A stretch of DNA of 64,000 nucleotides from a virus (Duplodnaviria > Caudoviricetes), in the IMG/VR virus record IMGVR_UViG_3300043748_000039, positions 7,899 through 71,898 of that record; one strand, written 5' to 3'. Under the pieces are notes generated by a model. That model was not told the origin of the DNA, ran no database searches, and worked only from the letters and a program-made list of their open reading frames with translations. A program made the translations under genes and the position numbers. How positions within the stretch are numbered: position 1 is the stretch's first letter; each line of letters opens with the position of its first letter. Of the stretch, positions 46,166 to 55,033 are shown piece by piece.

Positions 46166-47273
46166 CATCCACAAGCACCTGCTGGACCAGCACGACAAGC
46201 CCACCGACCGGCGCCAAGACATCATCCACCCGTCGGAGATGGCCAAGAGCGACTGGTGCCCCCGTCAGACCTACTACAGGCTGGCGGGGGCTCCCCCCGA
46301 GAAGGGTCGCAGTTTCTCCGCGCAGTTGGAGGCGGTCTTTGAGGAGGGGCACGGGATCCATGCGAAATGGCAGAAGTGGCTCCAGCAGATGGGTCGCCTG
46401 TGGGGCAAGTGGCGCTGCGGCGAGTGCGGATGGACGAAGGTCGCCACGGGCGGTGTCCTGCACTGCGAGCACTGTGACGCCCGCCAGCCCCTGGAGTATC
46501 GCGAGGTGCCCGTGGAGGCAGAGGAAGGGTTCCTGATCGCCGGACACGAGGACGGCGCCGTCGAGGACCTGAACGCCCTCGTCGAGATCAAGTCCATCGG
46601 ACTCGGCACCGTGCGCTTCGACCAGCCCGAGCTGCTGCGCGAGTACACGGTCAAGACCGAGGACGGCAAGACAGTCGTCGACCTGGACGGCCTGTGGAAG
46701 GCCCTCCGGCGCCCCTTCGGCAGCCACATCCGGCAGACCCAGATATACCTACGGCTCTGCCAGGAGATGGGCCTGCCGTTCGACAAGGTCATCTTCCTCT
46801 ACGAGTACAAGGCGACGCAGGCCCACAAGGAGTTCGTCGTCAAGTACAACCCCGAGATCGCCGAGCCGCTGTTCGAGACCGCGCTCGACATCAAATACGC
46901 CCTGAAGAAGGGCAAGCCGCCACCCCGGCCGGAGTTCACCGGCCCGGACAAGAAGGTCTGCAAGGACTGTCCGTTCTTCAACACCTGCTGGGAGACCACC
47001 ACCGATGAGCAGAGCAGTAGCACGGCGGGGCTGGGAAGCGGTCCAGACCCCGAGCCAGAAGGCGATACGGCGGATGGAGCGGGACGACCTGTACCTGCCT
47101 CCGAAGCCGGAGGGAGACGCGCCCGAACTGCCCCCGGATCCCACCGAACTCGACGACGGCGAACTGATGGCACTGTTCGCCAGGACGACAGCGTGGGTGG
47201 AGTACACGGGCAGCCGTCTGGCAGCGGCGGAGGTGGACGAAAAGTCGTGCGTCGACACACTCGAAGCGCATAA
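46116..47273 (+). CDS. Cas4/RecB-family PD-(D/E)XK exonuclease
   Basis: 'IHPSE...WCPRQ', 'GHEDG...VEIKS', 'QTQIY', 'CKDCPFFNTC'; probable start ATG 46116; C-terminus overlaps next gene. Confidence 0.85.
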   Translation: MAELAATKKNNSLLLGDIHKHLLDQHDKPTDRRQDIIHPSEMAKSDWCPRQTYYRLAGAPPEKGRSFSAQLEAVFEEGHGIHAKWQKWLQQMGRLWGKWRCGECGWTKVATGGVLHCEHCDARQPLEYREVPVEAEEGFLIAGHEDGAVEDLNALVEIKSIGLGTVRFDQPELLREYTVKTEDGKTVVDLDGLWKALRRPFGSHIRQTQIYLRLCQEMGLPFDKVIFLYEYKATQAHKEFVVKYNPEIAEPLFETALDIKYALKKGKPPPRPEFTGPDKKVCKDCPFFNTCWETTTDEQSSSTAGLGSGPDPEPEGDTADGAGRPVPASEAGGRRARTAPGSHRTRRRRTDGTVRQDDSVGGVHGQPSGSGGGGRKVVRRHTRSA

Positions 47274-47514
47274 GGCCCTATCCGCCGTCCGCAATGCCGG
47301 TGCGAAGACAGTGACTCAGGCGAAGGCCATGGCCCACGAGGACCCGGAGTACATAGAGGCCCAGGAGGCCAAGACGGCCGCCTACGCCTACCGGAAGATG
47401 CTCCAGGCCCTCCACAACTCCGCCGAACTCCGCAACACCCTGCTGAGCCGCGAACTGACCCGCCGGGTCGGCCGTGGTGACCGTGAGGGCCGCGCGGGGC
47501 GGATGAACGCGTGA
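47005..47514 (+). CDS. hypothetical helical protein (possible UvsY-like recombination mediator)
   Basis: 169 aa; 'AKAMAHEDPEY...LQALHNSAELRNTLLSRELTRR'; recombination gene context. Confidence 0.55.
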   Translation: MSRAVARRGWEAVQTPSQKAIRRMERDDLYLPPKPEGDAPELPPDPTELDDGELMALFARTTAWVEYTGSRLAAAEVDEKSCVDTLEAHKALSAVRNAGAKTVTQAKAMAHEDPEYIEAQEAKTAAYAYRKMLQALHNSAELRNTLLSRELTRRVGRGDREGRAGRMNA

Positions 47515-47936
47515 GGACCGTACGCCGCACGATCACGCGCATGGAACAGCCCCGGCCCCCGTGGGAGTGGCGTCCCTCGTTCAGGGCCGGGGCTCCGCGC
47601 ACTTGCCTGTCCTCCCATCGGGACCCGGTCTACGTGCGCCGTGGCGAGCACGTCTTCAAGGTCGGCCAGTTCGACTGGCTGCTGCGGATGTACCAGCACG
47701 TCGGCGTCTCGGAGCAGTCGGTTCGGTGGGAGGACTACGTCCTGTACGACCTGGATTACGAGATTCCCCTAATCAGGTTGTCAACCGATTGGATCGAGTA
47801 CGTTGACAATCGTCGGGAGATGGTGTTTCGTATCCGGAAGACGGCAGCGCTCGCGGCCGGAGGGGAGATCGAGACCCCTGACGGTCCTCGCTTCGCCGTT
47901 CCGCTCAGTGCCTACACAGCCCACGAAGGGGACTGA
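47511..47936 (+). CDS. hypothetical protein
   Basis: 141 aa, GTG overlaps upstream TGA. Confidence 0.6.
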   Translation: MRTVRRTITRMEQPRPPWEWRPSFRAGAPRTCLSSHRDPVYVRRGEHVFKVGQFDWLLRMYQHVGVSEQSVRWEDYVLYDLDYEIPLIRLSTDWIEYVDNRREMVFRIRKTAALAAGGEIETPDGPRFAVPLSAYTAHEGD

Positions 47937-47943
47937 CCACCAC

Positions 47944-48681
47944 ATGACGCTTAATACCGAGACCGCCCCGTCGGCGGTCGTCACCTTCCGCTCCGAGATC
48001 ACCGCGACGCTCGACACGGAGAACCTGGCCGGGTCCGACGCGAAGATCTGCAAGGCCGCCCGAGTCAGCACCATCGGCGCTGCTGCGGCGGAGACGAAGG
48101 AAGCCTCGGGCCTGATCAACTACCTGATGAAGGGCCGCCACGGCAGCCCCTTCGAGCACGGTCAGATGTCCTTCCTGATCGAGGCCCCGATCTTTGTCGC
48201 CCGCGAGTTCATGAGGCACAGGGTCGGCTGGAGTTACAACGAAACCAGCGGCAGATACAGGGAGTTGGAGCCGGTCTTCTACGTCCCCGGCCCCCACCGC
48301 CCGCTGCGGCAGACCGGCAAGGCAGGGGAATACCGCTTCGAGCGGGGCACCGACGAGCAGCACCTCTCCGTCGAGCACTCCCACAGCGTCATCTACCGAG
48401 CGGCCTACAGCCACTACCAGCAGATGCTGAAGGACGGCGTGGCCCGCGAGGTGGCCCGCAACGTCCTGCCGGTCGGCATGTACACCTCCTTCTACGCCAC
48501 CTGCAACCCGCGCAGCCTGATGCACTTCCTCGGTCTGCGCACGACGAGCGAGTTCGCCGCGTTCCCCTCCTTCCCGCAGGAAGAGATCGAGCGCGTGGCC
48601 ATGGACATGGAAGCCGCATTCGCCGAGCACTTCCCGCTCACCTGGGAAGCGTTCCTCGACAACGGAAGGGTCTGCCCGTGA
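47944..48681 (+). CDS. thyX: flavin-dependent thymidylate synthase
   Basis: 'HGSPFEH', 'REFMRHR..SYNETSGRY', 'AREVARNVLP', 'FLGLR'; ATG 47944. Confidence 0.95.
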   Translation: MTLNTETAPSAVVTFRSEITATLDTENLAGSDAKICKAARVSTIGAAAAETKEASGLINYLMKGRHGSPFEHGQMSFLIEAPIFVAREFMRHRVGWSYNETSGRYRELEPVFYVPGPHRPLRQTGKAGEYRFERGTDEQHLSVEHSHSVIYRAAYSHYQQMLKDGVAREVARNVLPVGMYTSFYATCNPRSLMHFLGLRTTSEFAAFPSFPQEEIERVAMDMEAAFAEHFPLTWEAFLDNGRVCP

Positions 48682-48839
48682 CACGCCGCAACGACGACCG
48701 CCCCACCGCCATCGCCCTGGGCAGCATCCTCGCGATACTCATCGCGCTGTCCCTCTGGGCACACGCATCCGCCCCTTGCGGCCTGTGGTCCTGGGCCCCG
48801 GTGAAGGACGTACCCGCGCGGTGCCTGATGCACCGATGA
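48678..48839 (+). CDS. small membrane protein (53 aa)
   Basis: GTG/TGA overlaps at both ends; TM 'AIALGSILAILIALSLWA'; below track cutoff. Confidence 0.55.
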   Translation: MTRRNDDRPTAIALGSILAILIALSLWAHASAPCGLWSWAPVKDVPARCLMHR

Positions 48840-49192
48840 CCGCCATCACCGTCACCATCGTCATCAGCGCGGCCGTCTACGCCGTCAGCCTGCTGGTCAT
48901 GCTCTGGCGCCTCATAGAGACCCAGGCCCGCCTCGACCGCACCGAGACCGAGTTGCAGATCGAGCACACCCGGCGCCTCAGCACGGAGGATCAGGCGCTG
49001 CAACTCGTCGAGAAGGTCACCCCGCTCATCGAGAAGACCGACTGGATGACCGGCCGCTGGAGCGGGCAGTTCAGCACCCTCGTGCGGATGGAGAACGACC
49101 GCAACGACCTGGTGGACAACGCCCGCCGGTCGATCTGGTCCATCCCCCTCGTAGCCGACCACATCAAGAACAACTACGGAGCAACGAAGTGA
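48836..49192 (+). CDS. membrane-anchored coiled-coil protein
   Basis: ATG 48836; N-terminal TM segment, then coiled coil. Confidence 0.65.
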   Translation: MTAITVTIVISAAVYAVSLLVMLWRLIETQARLDRTETELQIEHTRRLSTEDQALQLVEKVTPLIEKTDWMTGRWSGQFSTLVRMENDRNDLVDNARRSIWSIPLVADHIKNNYGATK

Positions 49193-49791
49193 ACACCACC
49201 ACCGCCCCTGTCGACGCGGACACCGAGATCGTCGAGTCGTGGCTGCCGCAGTACATCGGCCTCCACGGCTTCGCCGGGGCCGGTAAGGACGCCGTCGCCA
49301 AGATCCTCGCGAAGTACGGGTACACCCGCGTCGCCTTCGCCGACGTACTGCGCGAGGCCCTGTACGTACTCAACCCGGTCATCCTCTTCCACCCGTACGG
49401 CGAGGACCAGCGAGTCCAGGACCTGGTGGACCGCCACGGCTGGGACGAGGCCAAGCGCCAGTACGAGGAGATCCGCCGGATGCTCCAGGTCCTCGGCACC
49501 GAGGTCGGCCGGGAGATGATCGACCAGAACGTGTGGGTCGACTCGGTGTTCAAGAAGTTGGAGGAGGGCAAGAAGTACGTCTTCACCGACGTCCGCTTCG
49601 TCAACGAACACCACGCGATCGACTCCCGCCTCGGCCTGCTGGTCAAGATCGACCGGCCCGGCGTCGGGCCCGTCAACGACCACAAGTCCGACAAGGGCCT
49701 GCCCGACGAGTGGTTCGACGTCCGGATCGTCAACGACGGAACGCTGGAGGACCTTAATACCAAGGTCCGCGAGATCCTGCGCCTCGCGTGA
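49189..49791 (+). CDS. deoxynucleoside monophosphate kinase
   Basis: 'IGLHGFAGAGKD', 'AFADVLRE', 'LQVLGTEVGR', 'TDVRFVNE'. Confidence 0.88.
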   Translation: MNTTTAPVDADTEIVESWLPQYIGLHGFAGAGKDAVAKILAKYGYTRVAFADVLREALYVLNPVILFHPYGEDQRVQDLVDRHGWDEAKRQYEEIRRMLQVLGTEVGREMIDQNVWVDSVFKKLEEGKKYVFTDVRFVNEHHAIDSRLGLLVKIDRPGVGPVNDHKSDKGLPDEWFDVRIVNDGTLEDLNTKVREILRLA

Positions 49792-50195
49792 CCACCCCCA
49801 AGATCTGCAAGGACTGTGAGCCCGGGAGCAAGCGCCCAGCGCCCAATCCCGGCCCACGGTGCGCAACCCACTGGCGCGAGGAGAAGGAGCGGCGCAAGAA
49901 GGCCGCCCACGAGAAGCGCGTCCAGACCACCTACGGACTCGGTGACGGCGACTACGACACGCTGTACGAGTCCCAGGGCGGGAAGTGCGCGATCTGCCGC
50001 CGCGCCACGGGAGCAACCCGGCGCCTGTCGGTCGACCATGATCACAAGACGCTGCTCGTGCGAGGACTGCTATGCCGACCATGTAACGACATGCTCGGCC
50101 ACTCCCGGGACGACCCCGAGTTCTTCGCCCGAGCCAAGGGGTACCTCGAAAAGCCGCCAGCGCAGGATCTAGGCCGCTGGTACGCACCGAAGTAA
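49788..50195 (+). CDS. recombination endonuclease VII
   Basis: 'QGGKCAIC...LSVDHDH..VRGLLC..CN..LG'. Confidence 0.9.
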   Translation: MTTPKICKDCEPGSKRPAPNPGPRCATHWREEKERRKKAAHEKRVQTTYGLGDGDYDTLYESQGGKCAICRRATGATRRLSVDHDHKTLLVRGLLCRPCNDMLGHSRDDPEFFARAKGYLEKPPAQDLGRWYAPK

Positions 50196-50207
50196 CAACT
50201 CCGCACG

Positions 50208-50248
50208 CAGCAGGCCCCGGGCTGGTATCTAACCCCCGGGGCCTGCTG
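50208..50248 (+). terminator. stem-loop ending replication/metabolism block
   Basis: CAGCAGGCCCCGG (50208-20) / CCGGGGCCTGCTG (50236-48). Confidence 0.7.
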
Positions 50249-50319
50249 TCATTAACACAAGAATCCTGCGTCTCCGTATTCTCGAATTGTGATCAGAATC
50301 GGACACACAGGAGTCACCA

Positions 50320-50622
50320 ATGGGAGTTCAGTACGACGACGAGGGGGCGCCCGGTAACGAGGCCATCCTCCGCGTCAAGAGTTCTTCGTCCGCCGCCAGC
50401 CTGGCCAGCGCGATTTCCCACGCCGTCTACGACGGTAAGCGGGTCACCCTGCGGGCCATCGGCGCCGGTGCGGTAAACCAGGCCATGAAGGCCATCGCCA
50501 TCGCCAACAGTTTCGTGGCGCCCCGGGGAATCGTGCTCGACTGCCGCCCCGGATTCACCACCGTAACCACGCAGGACGCCGGAGATATCTCCGCCCTCCT
50601 GCTGCGGATCTTCGTCCACTGA
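50320..50622 (+). CDS. spoVS: SpoVS-family protein
   Basis: 'LRVKSSS...LASAISH...VTLRAIGAGAVNQAMKAIAIA...PGF' matches the SpoVS signature. Confidence 0.85.
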   Translation: MGVQYDDEGAPGNEAILRVKSSSSAASLASAISHAVYDGKRVTLRAIGAGAVNQAMKAIAIANSFVAPRGIVLDCRPGFTTVTTQDAGDISALLLRIFVH

Positions 50623-50678
50623 GGTTCTAATCCGCTGCCTTTCCGTCTTTACACTGGGTTTGATCCAGTGGAGGCGAA

Positions 50679-50957
50679 ATGAATGGTGTTTCGGACGGGC
50701 GTAACGGCTCGTTTTCGACGGGTGCAATGGAGACAAAGTACCCGTCCGCGCAGCCGGTACGTACTCAGCGCTTTACCCCGACTTCCGTCTTTGACGAAAC
50801 CCAGGTACGCGGCTCCGCAAACGGACTGGGTTCCGAGGACTACGACCGCAAGCGCGTCGGCGGGGGAATGGCCCCGTCTCTCAACGGCGCCTCGTCGCAG
50901 ACCTACGACAGCCGCTTGTGGATCGACAAGAACCCGTACCGCACCATCGGCGGCTAA
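50679..50957 (+). CDS. hypothetical protein
   Basis: 92 aa, RBS GGAGG. Confidence 0.6.
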   Translation: MNGVSDGRNGSFSTGAMETKYPSAQPVRTQRFTPTSVFDETQVRGSANGLGSEDYDRKRVGGGMAPSLNGASSQTYDSRLWIDKNPYRTIGG

Positions 50958-50972
50958 CCCAAGGAGCCCTCA

Positions 50973-51311
50973 GTGGCGAAGAAGAAGACCGACGTCGTGA
51001 CGACGGACAACCCGTCGCTGCGGCCGACCATGGGCACCGACGCCTCCCGGCTGGCCAACACCGCCAAGCCGGTCAAGGGCCGGTCCGTGCCGAAGAAGAA
51101 CCAGGCCAAGGGCGGCTTCCTGGAGGCCGCGACCGCCACGCACCGGCCGTCGATCATGGAGCGCAACGGCGCCTCCCTGCACCCGACCGCCGTCCTGTAC
51201 CAGGCCAACGCGGCCGAGGCCGGTGTCGTCCAGCGCAACGTCGTGACCGTCCCGAGCGCCCTCGGCAACCGGGACTTCTACCTGCGTCGGCAGTACCGCC
51301 AGGGCATGTGA
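50973..51311 (+). CDS. hypothetical basic protein
   Basis: 112 aa, RBS AAGGAG. Confidence 0.7.
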   Translation: MAKKKTDVVTTDNPSLRPTMGTDASRLANTAKPVKGRSVPKKNQAKGGFLEAATATHRPSIMERNGASLHPTAVLYQANAAEAGVVQRNVVTVPSALGNRDFYLRRQYRQGM

Positions 51312-51322
51312 CGTAGGCAGCA

Positions 51323-51880
51323 ATGTCCAGCAACTGGCAGTACGCGACGCCGTACGCCATCGGACAGCCGGGCGCTCCAGTGCGCGCGAACGGAGGAGCC
51401 GGAACAGATGCGCTCTCCTTCCGCGATGGTCTGGACGCCCGGCGCGCTGCTATGGGGGCCCGCACCCCCTCGGCGGAGTACCCCGACGGCTACCTCGGCA
51501 CGATCAACGACAGACGACGCGACCGCGTCATGGAAGGCGTCCAGAAGCGCCTGACCGACCGCAGCTACCAGCGCGGTGTCCACAAGGGCGACATCATCGA
51601 CCGCTCCGACTACTTCTGGCCGGACGTCGGCGGGGTCAACCCGCAGGCCGGTCTCGTCTACCAGGCCAAGGGCCTGAAGTGGACGCAGAAGGGCGACGTC
51701 ACCGAGCGCCTGGCCCACATGGGCAAGAACACCGCCCTGTCCCCCGAGGAGATGGCGGCGCTCCAGCAGAAGTACGGCATCTCCGAGGTCATGGCCGACA
51801 TCGACCCGGTGCGCAGCGAGCGGATGAAGAAGCTGCTGCCGTCCGCGTCCCCGTACAACTCGCCGGACCAGTGGAGGTGA
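51323..51880 (+). CDS. hypothetical protein
   Basis: 185 aa; 'YPDGYLGTINDRRRDR', 'RSYQRGVHKG'. Confidence 0.75.
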   Translation: MSSNWQYATPYAIGQPGAPVRANGGAGTDALSFRDGLDARRAAMGARTPSAEYPDGYLGTINDRRRDRVMEGVQKRLTDRSYQRGVHKGDIIDRSDYFWPDVGGVNPQAGLVYQAKGLKWTQKGDVTERLAHMGKNTALSPEEMAALQQKYGISEVMADIDPVRSERMKKLLPSASPYNSPDQWR

Positions 51881-51993
51881 CCGTGCGCAACCAGGAATTC
51901 CGAGGCCAGATCCAGGCGATCAAGAAGGCCAGTCCGAAGAACCCGGCGCAGTCCATACGCGACGCGCAGAAGACCCAGGGATGTGGCGGCTGA
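51877..51993 (+). CDS. small hypothetical protein
   Basis: GTG/TGA overlaps at both ends; 38 aa. Confidence 0.35.
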   Translation: MTVRNQEFRGQIQAIKKASPKNPAQSIRDAQKTQGCGG

Positions 51994-53246
51994 TGGCTGG
52001 CAAGACCCCCGCACAGAAGGCAGCGGACACCCGCACCTACAACAAGACCGTCAAGGAGGCGACCGGCAAGCGCGAGTCCTTCGAGGCGGCGAACCCTGAG
52101 CGGTTCAAGACCATCCAGGACCACCCGGGCGCCGGTCGCACCCCGCGCCAGTCGTACTCCCTGATGGGCAACACCGACAAGGCGCCGAACCTGCACGGAC
52201 AGATGGAACTCGCGGGCCCGGAGGGATCGAACGTCTGGCACGGCCAGCACACCATGGCCCCGGCCAAGGACATGATGCCGGTCAACCGGCGGTGGGAGGA
52301 CTTCGCCCCACACGAGCAGGCCCGCGTGCTGCGCTCGGCCGCGAAGTTCGGCGTCACCCCAGACTCCGCGCACCGCTCCCTGGCTGCCCAGGTCGACCGC
52401 GCCTACGCCCACGAGGGCGGGCACCACGACAGTTTCTACAGCCCGGCCGAGGACCACACCCGCGACGGCTCCCTGTCGCCGCGTGCGCGCCTGAAGGTGT
52501 CGGCGAAGGAGAACGGCGTCCCCTTCGGCGTGCAGGCCGCTGCGAACGCGATCACGTCCCCGCAGAACGTCTTCGTCCGGCCGGACAAGGAGACGGGCAA
52601 GGCCGTCTACCCCAACGACGAGGCCGCCAGCCACGCGATCCAGTGGGCGAAGTCCGGGAAGACCGGCGACGAGTACCACTACCACAAGGACTACTACGTC
52701 CCGCGTGAGGACAAGGTCGAGAAGACCGTCAACTCGAAGTCCGGCAAGAGGACCACGCTGGTCAAGAAGGACAGCGACACCCGGGCGTACCCAGCCAACG
52801 GCTACCCCCGTAACCACGCGCTCGCGATCGACGTGACCCACCAGGTCCTCAACGGCAAGCAGTTGCGGGATGCGTGGAAGCCGTCGGCCGGTGAGAAGGT
52901 CTCCGCTTACCACAACTCCTGGGTCGACCCGCACGGCTCCTCGCAGTTCTGGGTGTCCGACACGCACTCCGGTGGTGGCGCCTTCGCCCCGCACCTGGAG
53001 GACAAGAAGGGCTCGAACAGCCAGGAGGCGTACATGGGCATCAAGGGCATCCACGCCTTCCACGACCATGTCGCGCGGAACGTGATGCAGGAGCGGGGCC
53101 TGAACTCGCTCACCAACATGCAGTCCGCCCAGTGGAGCGAGGAGAAGCGGCGACGGGGCGACAACCACGACGCCTCGCTTAATACCTACGGCAAGTCCGG
53201 CGGGCTTAATACCTCGGTCCACCCGGGCCAGCAGAAGTTGTTCTAA
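51993..53246 (+). CDS. hypothetical protein (417 aa)
   Basis: ATG 51993; 'AAANAITSPQN', 'SDTH', 'QSAQWSEEKR'; ends in QQKLF. Confidence 0.75.
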   Translation: MAGKTPAQKAADTRTYNKTVKEATGKRESFEAANPERFKTIQDHPGAGRTPRQSYSLMGNTDKAPNLHGQMELAGPEGSNVWHGQHTMAPAKDMMPVNRRWEDFAPHEQARVLRSAAKFGVTPDSAHRSLAAQVDRAYAHEGGHHDSFYSPAEDHTRDGSLSPRARLKVSAKENGVPFGVQAAANAITSPQNVFVRPDKETGKAVYPNDEAASHAIQWAKSGKTGDEYHYHKDYYVPREDKVEKTVNSKSGKRTTLVKKDSDTRAYPANGYPRNHALAIDVTHQVLNGKQLRDAWKPSAGEKVSAYHNSWVDPHGSSQFWVSDTHSGGGAFAPHLEDKKGSNSQEAYMGIKGIHAFHDHVARNVMQERGLNSLTNMQSAQWSEEKRRRGDNHDASLNTYGKSGGLNTSVHPGQQKLF

Positions 53247-53249
53247 GCC

Positions 53250-53549
53250 ATGCAGAATGCGGATTCCGTCTACGACCGGACGCATCCGTGGGCCTCTCTT
53301 CCCGAGCGGATTCTCACGGATGCGCTGTCGGTCGCAAACATTCCGGGCGACGTGCTTGCACTCCAGAGCGCGCCGCCCCCGGTCGTCCGGCCTCTTTTCC
53401 CGCCGAGGTTCGGATATCGGGACACGGCCCTGGGAATCCAGGACGTGCTCCAGGTTGATAAGACGTTCCCCTCGCCCTCGACGAACTTCTACTCCGGAAC
53501 GCAGGGCGGATACTCTGGTAGTTCAAGGCCAACCATCGGGGGCTTCTAA
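53250..53549 (+). CDS. hypothetical protein
   Basis: 99 aa ORF tiling neighbours. Confidence 0.6.
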   Translation: MQNADSVYDRTHPWASLPERILTDALSVANIPGDVLALQSAPPPVVRPLFPPRFGYRDTALGIQDVLQVDKTFPSPSTNFYSGTQGGYSGSSRPTIGGF

Positions 53550-53716
53550 TGTCCAAGCACAAGAGAGTTCACCGGGCCGACGACAAGAGACGCTCCGGCC
53601 TGTCCGACAACGTGAAGTGGAAAGCGGACCAGGGATCCACCGGATCCGCTAAGCCGCTCGTCGGTCTTTTCAACGACCGGCGTGGGGCGAACGGCAACGG
53701 AAAGCGAGCGAAGTAA
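53549..53716 (+). CDS. small basic protein (55 aa)
   Basis: TAATG overlaps at both ends; MSKHKRVHRADDKRRSG...; below track cutoff. Confidence 0.5.
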   Translation: MSKHKRVHRADDKRRSGLSDNVKWKADQGSTGSAKPLVGLFNDRRGANGNGKRAK

Positions 53717-53964
53717 TGGCGTACGCACCCTCGCGTTCGATGAACGCGGAACTCAATGAGGGCGCCACCGACGGCAAGTACAAGAAGATCGTCGTCGACC
53801 GTGGCGGCCTGGGTGTCGCCGACTCGGCCACCGTGCGCCACCGCGTCGACCTCAACGACGTCTGGTACGGGCGCCACGAGGACGAGGTCAAGGTCCGCCC
53901 CGACGGCAAGGCCGTGCACACCCCCAACTACGTCCAGACCCCACCATCGCAGGCAGGATTCTGA
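53716..53964 (+). CDS. hypothetical protein
   Basis: 82 aa; 'MAYAPSRSMNAELNEG'. Confidence 0.65.
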   Translation: MAYAPSRSMNAELNEGATDGKYKKIVVDRGGLGVADSATVRHRVDLNDVWYGRHEDEVKVRPDGKAVHTPNYVQTPPSQAGF

Positions 53965-53969
53965 ACACG

Positions 53970-54941
53970 ATGTCTCTCCACGGAGTCGACCTCTCCAACA
54001 ACAACGACGCCGCGCACATCGCTGCGGCCATCGCCAACAAGAACAACGCGTTCATCATCGCCAAGGCTTCCGAAGGCGAGCACACGGGCGACACGAAGCA
54101 TGCGGCGATCGTGAAGGCCGCCAGGTCCGCGCACAAGGCGTTGGGTCACTACCACTTCGCCCACCCGACCCAGGACGCGGTCACGGAGGCCAAGCACTTC
54201 CTGTCCGCTGCGGGCGCGCTGCCGGGCGAGGTCCTGGCGCTCGACCTGGAGGCATCCGAGGGTTCCTGGTCCCAGCGGCTGCATTACGCGCTGACGTGGC
54301 TGCGGTACGTGAAGAAGGCGACGGGTGCGTCCCCGCTCTTCTACACCTACACCTCCTACATCCAGGGCCTGCGGACGGTCGCTTCCCCGGCGGAGTGGTC
54401 GGAGTTGCGTACCTACCCGCTGTGGATCGCCGACCCCAACAACCCGGCGGGGCATCCGGCCACCGAGGGCTGGGGCGCGTGGACGATCGACCAGTACGGC
54501 GAGGTCAGCAACGTCGACCAGAACCTGCTGAACGGTGACCTTAATACCTGGAAGGCCCTGGCCATCCCGGCCAAGGTCACCAAGCCTGCACCGGCTCCGG
54601 CTCCGCACCCGGCGCCCGCTCCTACCCCTGCTCCAACCCCTGCGAAGGCATACTCCATGGTCATCTACGGTTCCGGCACTGACGCGATGACGGCCGCTGC
54701 GGCCACCGAGGCGTTCCAGCCGAAGGGTGCGGTCGCCACGGCCCGCCTCGACGTCGCCCAGGCGGCGCTGAAGGCCGGGGACCAGGTCGTCGCGGTCGGC
54801 GGTCCGGCCAACAAGGCGATCGGCTTCACCCACTCCAAGCAGGGCACCGTCGCCATCGACGGCAAGAAGATCGCGGTGGACGGCGCCACGGCTGGTGACA
54901 CCTACGTGCTGCTCGGCCGCTACCTGGCCACCGGCAAGTAA
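53970..54941 (+). CDS. endolysin, GH25 muramidase with PA linker and C-terminal putative cell-wall-binding domain
   Basis: 'GVDLSNNN', 'IAKASEG', 'GHYHF', 'LALDLE', 'LWIA', 'QY...VDQN'; PAPAP linker. Confidence 0.88.
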   Translation: MSLHGVDLSNNNDAAHIAAAIANKNNAFIIAKASEGEHTGDTKHAAIVKAARSAHKALGHYHFAHPTQDAVTEAKHFLSAAGALPGEVLALDLEASEGSWSQRLHYALTWLRYVKKATGASPLFYTYTSYIQGLRTVASPAEWSELRTYPLWIADPNNPAGHPATEGWGAWTIDQYGEVSNVDQNLLNGDLNTWKALAIPAKVTKPAPAPAPHPAPAPTPAPTPAKAYSMVIYGSGTDAMTAAAATEAFQPKGAVATARLDVAQAALKAGDQVVAVGGPANKAIGFTHSKQGTVAIDGKKIAVDGATAGDTYVLLGRYLATGK

Positions 54942-54949
54942 CCATCATC

Positions 54950-55000
54950 GTTACGGCATCCCCGTTACGTCTTCCAAAGGCGTAATGGGGATGCTATGTT
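54950..55000 (+). promoter_or_regulatory. repeat array / putative promoter
   Basis: TTACGGCAT (54951) and TTACGTCTT (54965) are 14 bp apart, followed by inverted AAGGCGTAA (54977-85) and TATGTT (54995-55000). Confidence 0.55.
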
Positions 55001-55033
55001 TGGTCCCTGAACAGCCCCCGCTGGAAGGAAGAC

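Noticed and set aside
46116-47273. Cas4-like gene as evidence for a CRISPR system
   Set aside because: No repeat-spacer array or other cas genes seen; stand-alone Cas4/RecB exonucleases are common in phages.
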